Shown here: one piece after another, positions 36,857 through 45,580 of the stretch
Layout of the letters: every line of letters starts with the position of its first letter
How positions within the stretch are numbered: position 1 is the stretch's first letter
NCBI GenBank assembly: GCA_900547725.1
Contig: URHR01000001.1
Coordinates: 19,894 to 83,893 of the forward strand
Direction of reading: 5' to 3'
DNA: 64,000 nucleotides
Source: an uncultured Eubacteriales bacterium
Lineage (GTDB): Bacteria; Bacillota; Clostridia; Oscillospirales; CAG-272
Made by a program: the position numbers and the translations under genes
Notes under the pieces: model-generated
Seen by the model: only the letters and a program-made list of their open reading frames with translations
Database searches by the model: none
Told to the model about the DNA's origin: nothing

Positions 36857-37153
36857 AACAATCTCCAAGAATTCGATGCGCATAATGATATACAATCATA
36901 AGCAGATCAATATCACAATTCAAAAAGAAAACATGCCGTTCTGCTGTAATCTCAGAGTGATGTGCCGGTTATCAGCTCATCCGTTGGTGACAGGTTGTAT
37001 GCATATTCATTCCAACGTAACCAATTTCCTCCACTTTCATTCGCAAATGTGATCGTATAATTCAGTGTCGGATTATCCTCCGCACCAGTCGGTTCATACT
37101 ATCATCGCGATACCGCCCCTTCAACTTGCCATTTTAGCCTGCCTCGTTGCTCT

Positions 37154-37546
37154 TCACTTCATATTATACCACAATTCAGTGACATTGTCAATCACGAAAA
37201 ACCAAACCGCCCAAAGACACAATTTCTTCCTTACTGCACCGTAAGAGGCACCGTGTCTGAATATCTGAATGAGAATATCCGGGTCTGATATTTGTGGAAG
37301 CGTGCTGTCTTTTTGGTCTTTGAATACCACTATATATATTCTTTCTCTGTTTTGTGGGATATTGCCATGTTCCATGGGGTTTAATACTCTGTATGTATAT
37401 TTGTAGCCCAATTCTTCAAGTTGCTCACATATAACTTGAAAGATATTGCCATTATCATGAATTTCTTTCACTTTTTGGCGCAATCCGTCGGATTTTCGCA
37501 ATCCGCATTGGCTTTTTTCAATAAGTATCTTGTTTTTTTTCGTCAA
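37154..37546 (-). pseudogene. Fragment of a DNA (cytosine-5) methyltransferase
   Basis: LEELGYKYTYRVLNPMEHGNIPQNRERIYIVVF resembles C5-MTase motif VIII (QxRxR) and its context. The N-terminal catalytic motifs and the C-terminal TRD are absent. Confidence 0.5.
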
Positions 37547-37559
37547 AACATGGTATAAT
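37530..37559 (+). promoter_or_regulatory. Candidate promoter with an extended -10
   Basis: TTGTTT, an 18-nt spacer, then TGGTATAAT (37551-37559), upstream of the AraC gene at 37603. Confidence 0.45.
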
Positions 37560-37602
37560 CATATAAAAAATCAGAAAAAAAGACGAAGGGTGCGCCGCTG
37601 TT

Positions 37603-38376
37603 ATGGAAAATATTTCTTTTATTTCTCGGCAACACCTCACCGAGAACCAATCGGTTTCCGAGCACAGCCATCGCTGTTGGGAGGTGGTTTTTTACAACAC
37701 CTGCTCCGGCGTGAGCAAAATCGGCAACGAGGAATTCCTCTTTCGCAACAACTCCTTTGCGGTCATCCCGCCCGACTGCCCCCACAACGAACTTCACTGC
37801 GAAACCGGCTCGCTGATCTATGTCGGATTTTCCACCGATGACCTCCGCGTCCGCCCCGGCATTTACGGCGACACCGAAAACCGACTGATGGAGCGACTGG
37901 TCCACCTGATTCTCTCGGTGTTCCGCACCCGCTTTTCGGATTCGGACGGTTCGGACGAGCTGATCGGCAACCTGCTCCACGCAATGGTCCTGCTCCTGAT
38001 CCGCGTTTGCAACGAATCGCACATCCGCCAGCCGGACCTGCTATACGCCCGGCGCTTTATCGACGAGAACATGAACCGGAAAATCGACCTCACGGGTCTT
38101 GCCAAAAGCAGGGGCATGACATTTGACCTGTTCCGCAGGAGCTTTAAGAAAAAATACGGCGTCTCGCCCAAGAACTATCTGATTGACCTGCGGCTGGAAA
38201 AGGCGAAAAAGATGCTGGAGGAGCCGGACCGCAACTGCACGCAGGTGGCGCTGGAATGCGGCTTTTCCAGCTCGGCGCAGTTTTCCACCATGTTCCGCGA
38301 GAGATACGGAATCACCCCCAAAAAATACGCGCTCGAAAAGAAGATCCCCGCCCGCTCTGCCGAAAAGACGCCCTGA
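37603..38376 (+). CDS. AraC/XylS-family transcriptional regulator
   Basis: HTH region PKNYLIDLRLEKAKKMLEEPDRNCTQVALECGFSSSAQFSTMFRERYGITPKKY. Confidence 0.9.
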   Translation: MENISFISRQHLTENQSVSEHSHRCWEVVFYNTCSGVSKIGNEEFLFRNNSFAVIPPDCPHNELHCETGSLIYVGFSTDDLRVRPGIYGDTENRLMERLVHLILSVFRTRFSDSDGSDELIGNLLHAMVLLLIRVCNESHIRQPDLLYARRFIDENMNRKIDLTGLAKSRGMTFDLFRRSFKKKYGVSPKNYLIDLRLEKAKKMLEEPDRNCTQVALECGFSSSAQFSTMFRERYGITPKKYALEKKIPARSAEKTP

Positions 38377-38381
38377 ACAGC

Positions 38382-38411
38382 AAAAAAGCCCCCGCGTCGG
38401 GGGGCTTTTTT
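38382..38411. terminator. Bidirectional rho-independent terminator between convergent AraC genes
   Basis: AAAAAAGCCCCC, a short loop, then GGGGGCTTTTTT. Confidence 0.7.
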
Positions 38412-38455
38412 GCGTGCGGAAAGCGTTTGTTTTTCGCCGTGCGGCGGCGGTTGCG

Positions 38456-39274
38456 TTATTTTCTCCACCTTTTAATATATTGCAACGGCGTTACGCCGCG
38501 CATCCGCTTGAACATCGTGAAGAACTGCGAGCTGTTCCCCATCCCGATGCGCTCCGCAACCTCCTGCACGCTCAGGTCGGTGTTAATCAGCAGATAGGTG
38601 GCATGGTTGATCCGCATTTCGGAAATCAGCTGATGAATCGAGGTCCCCGTGTATGCGCGAAAGTCCTCGTACAGCTTGGAGCGGCTGAGGAAAAAGGATT
38701 TTGCAATGTCCTCCGCCGTAATCGGCTCGCAATAGTGCTTTCCGATGTAATCGATGACCTCGGTCAGATAGTTCGGCGCGGGCGTGGTTCGGATCACCGC
38801 CTTCGGGTCGGTTGCGCGGATGGCGTTTCCGAGCATCAGACCGAACAGCAGCTTTCGGTCCTCGGGGGAGCGGTCGCGTTCCAGAAACATCCTGCAAAGC
38901 GTTTTCAGAAAAGGAAGGCAATCCTCCGAAAGCGGGAAAATCACCGATCTCTCCGTCCGATACGGCGCAATACAGTCAAACATCGCGGGCAGGGACTCCG
39001 TCAGCAGGGAGCCGAAGAAAAACGCAACGGTTTGCGTTTCCGCGTTGCGGTCATGCTCCGTGGTGTGCATACAGTAGGGCGCGCGCAATGCAAGAAACGG
39101 TTGCGACAGCACGGTAACGGCGTTGTTGGTGTTGAGAACGGTTCGGGTATAGCTGAGCGTCAGCTCCGCTTCGTAGTGCGGGTGCATATGCAGCGCGGGC
39201 GGCACATATTGGACCGTGCCCAGCAGGGGATAGAAATCGAAGTCCTGTCCGTGGTCCTCAAAGAAAACTGCCAT
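38456..39274 (-). CDS. AraC/XylS-family transcriptional regulator
   Basis: Start at MAVFFEDHG (RBS GGAGGA 4-5 nt upstream). HTH region LISEMRINHATYLLINTDLSVQEVAERIGMGNSSQFFTMFKRMRGVTPLQY. Confidence 0.85.
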   Translation of the reverse strand: MAVFFEDHGQDFDFYPLLGTVQYVPPALHMHPHYEAELTLSYTRTVLNTNNAVTVLSQPFLALRAPYCMHTTEHDRNAETQTVAFFFGSLLTESLPAMFDCIAPYRTERSVIFPLSEDCLPFLKTLCRMFLERDRSPEDRKLLFGLMLGNAIRATDPKAVIRTTPAPNYLTEVIDYIGKHYCEPITAEDIAKSFFLSRSKLYEDFRAYTGTSIHQLISEMRINHATYLLINTDLSVQEVAERIGMGNSSQFFTMFKRMRGVTPLQYIKRWRK

Positions 39275-39462
39275 CTCATCCTCCGATTGGATAAAACCGT
39301 ATTTTTCTATATTGTAACACATCGGCGCCGATTTGTCAACCTGTTTTACGATATGCAAAAGGTTCTGGCGGATCAAAATCAAAATTACAGTCAAAATAAC
39401 ATAAAAAAAGCGTAAAAACGGGCGGATTCAGACAAGCGAACAAAAGCAAACGCTTTCGTTTT

Positions 39463-39508
39463 CGGACAAAACCGAATAAATCGCATGGTAAGACGGACAA
39501 ATAGGAAT
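39463..39508 (+). promoter_or_regulatory. Direct repeat CGGACAAAnnnGAAT x2, candidate operator
   Basis: CGGACAAAACCGAAT at 39463-39477 and CGGACAAATAGGAAT at 39494-39508, 12/15 identical with a 31-bp offset. The proximal copy touches the -35. Confidence 0.35.
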
Positions 39509-39536
39509 GTACAACCGACAGCGGATATGCTATAAT
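39508..39536 (+). promoter_or_regulatory. Candidate promoter of the GLUG / micro-ORF / SBP / MBL operon
   Basis: TGTACA, a 17-nt spacer, then TATAAT (39531-39536). Confidence 0.4.
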
Positions 39537-39586
39537 AAATGTACGGATGAACCCATCCGAAAAAACAGAAAAGAGAGGAAAGACCA

Positions 39587-41704
39587 ATGAAGAAATGTTT
39601 AGCGCTCCTGTTGTCTGTCTGCCTGATTCTCGGGCTTATGCCGTTGGCGGCAATTCCCGCTGTTGCGGAAACCGGGAATACGGAAGACTCCACCGAAAGC
39701 GGCACAGTCGAAGGAAAAGAGGTTGCGTCTCTCGTTGAGCTGACAACTGCTCTGGGGAACGGCTTCAAAAACCTGCGGCTGATGTCGGACATCGACCTCG
39801 GCGGAAAAACCGTTACCGAACCGATCGCGAATCTCGGCGACGGCGTAACGCTGGACGGAAACGGCAAGTCCATTGTGAATTTTTCCATGAATGCCAAGGG
39901 TGAAAACGACATCCACACCATGAGTCTGTTCGGCACGGCGGCGGGAAAAGTCACCGTAAAGAACCTGACAATCGGCGAACCCGACCACCCCATCGCTTAC
40001 ACCTACAAGGCGATCAAAGGCGGCGCGGGTGACGAGCATTACGCGGTCCTCTTTGCGGAAAGCACGGCAGGCTCCGATCTGACGGTTTCGGGCGTAACGG
40101 TTTACACCAACATGGCTCCCGTCAAGGATTGCCCCGACACCGCGATGGTTTCCGGCTTCGTTTCGGTTGTCGGCGGAACCGCAACCTTTGAAAACTGCAA
40201 CCTTTACGGCTCCGTGAAAAACAAGGAAGGTAAGGTTTACGGCGATACCCGCGCTTCCGGCTACATTGCCGAAGTCTCTGCGGGCGCAACCGTTACGATG
40301 AAGGCCTGCACGAACAACGCGGAAATCCGCGGCGGCTTCTACACGGGCGGCTTCATCGGAAAGGTCAAAGAAGGAACGGTATCCCTGACGGGATGCGCGA
40401 ACAAAGGCAATGTGTTCGGTGAGGCACAGGTCGGCGGCATGGTCGGCGTTACGGAGCCTGCGGCAGACAAAACCCTGAACCTGACTTTTGATAAGTGTCA
40501 GAACCTCGGAGTAATCACGGCCAACGATGCGGATTGCGGCGGTTTCCTCGGAAAAGCGGACCTGCAAAAAGGCAATCTGACCGGCTCTATAACCTTTACT
40601 TCCTGCGTCAATCGCGGTGAAGTGAAAGCCAACACCAGACTGGGCGGATTTGTCGGAAAATACGGAAAGAACGGAAGCGAGAGTTCCGCTAACGGGGCAG
40701 CGCTCAATGTTCCCCTGCATTTTGAAAAGTGCCTGAACGCAGCAAATGTAACCTCCAAAGGCTGGCACACCGGCGGATTCTTGGGCTATGCTTATATCTC
40801 CGAGGGCATGGAGTTCCGTTCCTGCGTAAACCTCGGAACGGTCAGCGGCGTTGGAAATGTCGGCGGCTTTTTCGGTTATCTCTTTGCGCATCTCGGCGGC
40901 AACAAAACCGCCAAAACCGCAGTGCTCATTGACTGCAGTGTAAATGCGGGAACGGTTACGGGTACCGAAAGTAATATCTGCGGCTTCGGAGGTCACTTCA
41001 CTTCGTGGAGCGAAATGATGATAAAAATGACCGACTCCTTCAACCTTGCGGATGTAAAAGCGGGAGAAGGAAAGTACACCGGACCGATCCTGATTTCCAA
41101 CAAGGATCTGGTTAACAAGACAGCATGGATTGCCGGATGCGGCACCTTCGGAGCAACAAATCTCGTTACGGAAAACGGCAAATATCAGCCCATCGCAGGC
41201 ACCAAGGTCTGCACAACTGCTCAAGAGGCACTGGATTATCTGAACGAAAAGACCAACAACCAGTCCACGCTGGGCGGACAGTTCCTGATTGTAGGCGAAA
41301 AACTCTCCTTTACCGAGGCTCCCGCACTTCTCGGCGTGCAGAAGTCCGGAACCGCAGACGGAAAATTCTCGGCTCGTTTCTCGGCAATTCTCAAGAATTA
41401 TGATCTGGAAGCCTACCAAGAAGTCGGCTTTGCCGTAACGCTTGGCGACAAAACGGTTGAAAAGTCCGGCACCAAGGTCTACAGCAACCTCTCGGAGGGC
41501 ACGGGAGCGCATCTTGCGTCCGAGTTCGGCGGCTCCTACTTCTTTACGCTCAACCTGACGGATATTCCCGCTACCGGTACGCAAACCGTTACCGTTCGGG
41601 TGTTCGCGGTCAACAGCAACGGCGTGAAGGTATATGAAAGCATCACCTACACCGCAACCTTTGCAAACGGAGAATGCGCAATTGCAGTTTCCGCAAATGC
41701 ATGA
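39587..41704 (+). CDS. Secreted GLUG-motif / beta-helix repeat protein
   Basis: Signal peptide MKKCLALLLSVCLILGLMPLAAIPAVA. N-terminal motifs SDIDLGG..LDGNGKSI..SLFG. Repeats YTGGFIGK, VGGMVG, CGGFLGK, LGGFVGK, HTGGFLGY, VGGFFGY. Confidence 0.8.
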   Translation: MKKCLALLLSVCLILGLMPLAAIPAVAETGNTEDSTESGTVEGKEVASLVELTTALGNGFKNLRLMSDIDLGGKTVTEPIANLGDGVTLDGNGKSIVNFSMNAKGENDIHTMSLFGTAAGKVTVKNLTIGEPDHPIAYTYKAIKGGAGDEHYAVLFAESTAGSDLTVSGVTVYTNMAPVKDCPDTAMVSGFVSVVGGTATFENCNLYGSVKNKEGKVYGDTRASGYIAEVSAGATVTMKACTNNAEIRGGFYTGGFIGKVKEGTVSLTGCANKGNVFGEAQVGGMVGVTEPAADKTLNLTFDKCQNLGVITANDADCGGFLGKADLQKGNLTGSITFTSCVNRGEVKANTRLGGFVGKYGKNGSESSANGAALNVPLHFEKCLNAANVTSKGWHTGGFLGYAYISEGMEFRSCVNLGTVSGVGNVGGFFGYLFAHLGGNKTAKTAVLIDCSVNAGTVTGTESNICGFGGHFTSWSEMMIKMTDSFNLADVKAGEGKYTGPILISNKDLVNKTAWIAGCGTFGATNLVTENGKYQPIAGTKVCTTAQEALDYLNEKTNNQSTLGGQFLIVGEKLSFTEAPALLGVQKSGTADGKFSARFSAILKNYDLEAYQEVGFAVTLGDKTVEKSGTKVYSNLSEGTGAHLASEFGGSYFFTLNLTDIPATGTQTVTVRVFAVNSNGVKVYESITYTATFANGECAIAVSANA

Positions 41705-41721
41705 CACAGAGGAGGATTACG

Positions 41722-41874
41722 ATGATGAAAACAAAAGCGTATTTTGCACCCGCTATGTCGGTTGTTGCGTTTGATTTTGAAGCACAGGATATTCTGACTC
41801 TGAGCCAAGGCTCTATGAAACAAGAACTGACGATGTCTTTCGATGAGCTGTTGAACAGCGGCAGCAACAACTGA
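41722..41874 (+). CDS. Micro-ORF P2 (50 aa), member of the QDILT peptide family
   Basis: Sequence is MMKTKAYFAPAMSVVAFDFEAQDILTLSQGSMKQELTMSFDELLNSGSNN. RBS GGAGGA lies 6 nt upstream. It starts 17 nt after the GLUG stop and ends 35 nt before the SBP gene. Confidence 0.6.
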   Translation: MMKTKAYFAPAMSVVAFDFEAQDILTLSQGSMKQELTMSFDELLNSGSNN

Positions 41875-41909
41875 CAATCGTCACTGATCCGGGAAAGGGG
41901 AAAACCGAT

Positions 41910-43454
41910 ATGAAACTGATTTGCAAATGGCTGTCACTCTGCCTGTTTGCGGCAATGCTGCTGACAACGTTTGCGTCCTGCGCCAAGCCGAAGCCCGAAA
42001 ATCCGGGCTCCGGCACCGCAACAAACGGAACGCAAAGCGAACAGACGCGCGAGGAAGTGACCACCAAAGTCTCCGCTCTCGAACAGAGCGGCTTGGAAAA
42101 GAAAAACTTCGGCGGCAGAAAAATGAAGATCTGGCACGGCTCCGGCACAGTCTGGTCGCCTTATCCGATGGAAGTTACCCTTGACGAGGCGCTGACCGAC
42201 ATCATTTATGACGGCGCCTACAAGCGGAACACGGGGTTGGAACGCGACCTGAACATCGCGCTTCAGTTCGTGGACTCGGGAACCGACCCGAACACGGTAG
42301 GCGACAACACCAACACCGACAAAAAAGCGCTTGATATGCTTTGGAAAAGCGGCGACTCCGCCTCGTATGACATGATTCTTGCGGGCGGCTTTGCAAGCGC
42401 TACGCTGGCTACGGAAGGCTTCTTCCTTGACCTGGACAACTGCAAGGATGTCAAGCCCGACGCGGACTACTACGAATCGCGCGTGAACCGTCAGGTCCGC
42501 CTGATGGATCACCAGTACTTCGCAAGCGGTTTCTACTCCGTAACGGGAACAAGCGGCATTGAGGTCATTTATGTCAACACCGACATCATCAACAGCGTGA
42601 ACACCGATCCCGACAATCCCGTTTCCACGGAAATCCTTTACGAAAAGGCGCTGAACAAGACCTGGACCGTTGATTATATGCTGGAGCTGGGAAGCCGCTA
42701 TGCTCTCCCCTCCTCCAACACCGGGCACTATGAAAGCGACCAGTACGGCACCATCTTCTCCTATCACAGTATGCACAGCGTCTACCACGGCCTCGGCGGA
42801 ACGGACATCGTCTGGAACGACGCAAGCAACCGCTACAATGTTGTGCTCTCCAACCAGTCGAACCAGAAGATCTTTGAGTACATCAGAGAGAATATCACCA
42901 AAAAGAACGGCGGTGAAGTTCTGCTCTCCAAGCGGTCTCCCGGCGCGGGCGTTGAAGAATTCCTTGCAAAATCGGCTCCGTTCTTCTGGGGCGGTCTGAA
43001 CAACATCAAGGAAGTCATCGCCGACGGAATGCACTGGACCATGCTCCCTCCCCCGCTCTTCAAGGAAGGGAACGACTACAACTCCTTCACCTCCGCATGG
43101 TGTCTGAACTTTGCGGGAATCCCCTCCAATGTCACGGACTCCGAGACTTCTTCCTATCTCTATGAGATGTTCATGTGCTACTCCTACGATTACCTCTATC
43201 CCGCTTACTACGAAACCTGCTTCCAGCTGACCTATCAGCCCGACTCGACCTCGGTTCGGATTTTCAATCTGATCGCGCGTTCCAGATATGTGTCTATGGT
43301 AAACCTTTACTCTCTGAACAACTCCGGCGTGGAGATCAAAGACATTTGCAGAGACACAAACCTTGAGCTTGGTTCCTCGCTGAAGCGTGCAAGCGAAGTG
43401 ATTGCGGCAAATCTCACCAAGCTGGTTGAGAACTTCTCCAAGAAAGAGCAGTGA
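41910..43454 (+). CDS. Large lipoprotein solute-binding protein (LplA-like)
   Basis: Lipobox AAMLLTTFASC. Block AYKRNTGLERDL is shared with the other large SBPs. Confidence 0.85.
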   Translation: MKLICKWLSLCLFAAMLLTTFASCAKPKPENPGSGTATNGTQSEQTREEVTTKVSALEQSGLEKKNFGGRKMKIWHGSGTVWSPYPMEVTLDEALTDIIYDGAYKRNTGLERDLNIALQFVDSGTDPNTVGDNTNTDKKALDMLWKSGDSASYDMILAGGFASATLATEGFFLDLDNCKDVKPDADYYESRVNRQVRLMDHQYFASGFYSVTGTSGIEVIYVNTDIINSVNTDPDNPVSTEILYEKALNKTWTVDYMLELGSRYALPSSNTGHYESDQYGTIFSYHSMHSVYHGLGGTDIVWNDASNRYNVVLSNQSNQKIFEYIRENITKKNGGEVLLSKRSPGAGVEEFLAKSAPFFWGGLNNIKEVIADGMHWTMLPPPLFKEGNDYNSFTSAWCLNFAGIPSNVTDSETSSYLYEMFMCYSYDYLYPAYYETCFQLTYQPDSTSVRIFNLIARSRYVSMVNLYSLNNSGVEIKDICRDTNLELGSSLKRASEVIAANLTKLVENFSKKEQ

Positions 43455-45403
43455 GGAAAAGAAACGGATTCGGTGCATGCGTGGCAGTGCTGTTGCTCCT
43501 TTGTCTGGCGGCAACAGCGCTCTGCGCGTGCAAAATCGGTTCCGGAGGCACCGAGACCGAAGAAAAAACAACTGCCTCCGATCGGAGCGAAACGGAAACA
43601 ACTATGACGGAACCAGATACCTCATTTCGGATCTTCGGGAATCAGAAGCTGACCCCGATCGTCCTCTCCGACATTCCGGACCGGAATGCCGACGATATCA
43701 AAAAAGAACTGAACATTGGCTTGCGGCGCGCGTTCGGGGTGTTCCCGATCTATGAAACGGCGGCGCAGACCGCCGTGAACGCCGACAGAACGGAAATTCT
43801 TGTCGGGACCACAAACCGCCCCGAAAGCACGGGCGCCGTCCCCGAGGCGGGGCAAAACGACGCTTGGTACTATGTTGGCGTGCGCGGAAACAAGCTGGTC
43901 ATCAACGCCTCCAACGGCTATTACCTTGACCGCGCGATCGAATACTTCGTCTCCTGCCTGCCGACCGAGCAGACAGACCGCTTCTCCCTTCCCGCCGACT
44001 TCGGGAAGCAGGAGATTTTCCGCGACTATTTCGCAAGCCGCTGGAAGCTGACCGATCTTCCCGCCTACACGGGCGCGCGGATCACGCTCTCGCCCGATAC
44101 CTACACCACGGGCGCGCTGATGACGGAACTTGCAAACAAGCAGAAAGCCGACGCGCGGGTCCAGTTGGTACTTGCAACCAACAACGCCGAATACCTGCGC
44201 TATGTCGACCGACTTGTGCAGTACGGATTCCTGAAAGAAAGCAGCTCCGAGGCGGAAAACAACCTTTACACAACGCTGACGCGCGGAAAAGAACGGGTTT
44301 ACATCTATTTCACCGCCGCAATGTCCCGTGTTACGGTTGTCTATGAGAAAAACGGCGCTTCGGTTTCCGAGGTGTCCTACACGACAGCCAACGCAGGACA
44401 GAGCGCCGAACTTTACCAGTACGGTCTGAATATGCGCCCCTACAGCGACCCGACTTCGGGCGCGGAAGGCTATGAAATCAACTGCGGAATGCTGTATGTC
44501 ATCCGCACCGCCGATAACCGCCTGATCGTAATCGACGGCGGCGACCGCGTGCAGATGATGACCGAAGCCGCAGACGGGACCTTCCCCCACGCCGCGCTCA
44601 ACCGCTTCCTGCACAGGATCACCGGGACAAAAGAAACCGAAAAAATTACGGTTTCCTGTTGGTTCCTCACGCACGGACACAGCGACCACCTCGGTTTTGC
44701 TTATTTCCTGCAACAGTATGCGGATCAGTATGACCTGAAATCGGTTTGCGCCAATCTCGCCACGGGGTTGATGACATCCGATTTTGCCGAGACGAAAATC
44801 CTTTCCGATTTCGGCACATGGCTGAAGCGCACCTATCCCGCTTGCCGCGAGGTGCGGCTCCATACGGGGCAGAAGCTGCGTTTTGCCGATGTGGAAATGC
44901 AGGTGCTCTACACGCACGAGGACGCGCTGTCCCCTGCGGGCGCCACGCAGATCAAGGACTTCAACGACAGCACAACGGTTGTTAAAATCACGCTCGGCGG
45001 AACCGACCTGCTGGTGCTTGGCGATGTCTATCACATCGGGGAGGATTACCTGACCGCAGCGTACACCGAGGCAACCCTGCATTGCGACATGATGCAGGTT
45101 TCGCATCACGGCTTCAACGACCTGCAACGCCTCTCCCCGCTTGTGCGGGCAAAGGTTGCGCTGATTCCGCAGGCTTACGGCTGGTTCGTTTATGCGAGCG
45201 GAAGCAGCGACGGGACCGACTATTGGACCTATTGGTCGGCGCGGATGAAAAAGGTCATTGACGATCTGAAGGCGTATTCCGACCCCAACATGATATTCTT
45301 CTCGGGGAACGAATCCATGACCGTCGGGCTTTCCTGCCGACAGGGCGAAGTCACGGTCATTCTGGAGCCTGCGCGGCGGTATCGGCTGAGCGACCTCGGC
45401 TGA
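43451..45403 (+). CDS. Lipoprotein with an N-terminal alpha/beta module and a metallo-beta-lactamase-fold (ComEC-like) hydrolase domain
   Basis: The GTG start overlaps the SBP stop (GTGA). Lipobox LLCLAATALCAC. N-module motif EILVGTTNRPES. MBL motifs LTHGHSDHLG and QVSHHGFN. Confidence 0.85.
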   Translation: MRKRNGFGACVAVLLLLCLAATALCACKIGSGGTETEEKTTASDRSETETTMTEPDTSFRIFGNQKLTPIVLSDIPDRNADDIKKELNIGLRRAFGVFPIYETAAQTAVNADRTEILVGTTNRPESTGAVPEAGQNDAWYYVGVRGNKLVINASNGYYLDRAIEYFVSCLPTEQTDRFSLPADFGKQEIFRDYFASRWKLTDLPAYTGARITLSPDTYTTGALMTELANKQKADARVQLVLATNNAEYLRYVDRLVQYGFLKESSSEAENNLYTTLTRGKERVYIYFTAAMSRVTVVYEKNGASVSEVSYTTANAGQSAELYQYGLNMRPYSDPTSGAEGYEINCGMLYVIRTADNRLIVIDGGDRVQMMTEAADGTFPHAALNRFLHRITGTKETEKITVSCWFLTHGHSDHLGFAYFLQQYADQYDLKSVCANLATGLMTSDFAETKILSDFGTWLKRTYPACREVRLHTGQKLRFADVEMQVLYTHEDALSPAGATQIKDFNDSTTVVKITLGGTDLLVLGDVYHIGEDYLTAAYTEATLHCDMMQVSHHGFNDLQRLSPLVRAKVALIPQAYGWFVYASGSSDGTDYWTYWSARMKKVIDDLKAYSDPNMIFFSGNESMTVGLSCRQGEVTVILEPARRYRLSDLG

Positions 45404-45470
45404 TGTGCCGCTGAGCCAAAAAGCCCCTGCGGGGTGTGCTCTGCGCAAGTCCGGAACCGAACAACAAAAT

Positions 45471-45531
45471 AAAGAGCCTCCTATGGTAATTGTAGATATA
45501 TATCTATTCTACCATAGGAGGCTCTTTTTTT
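45471..45531. terminator. Bidirectional rho-independent terminator
   Basis: A 17-bp stem AAAGAGCCTCCTATGGT / ACCATAGGAGGCTCTTT with an A-run before and a T-run after, between convergent genes. Confidence 0.75.
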
Positions 45532-45580
45532 CAATTGTCCGTTTTTAACGGACTTGTGCATGGATCAGAGGGGAATCTTT

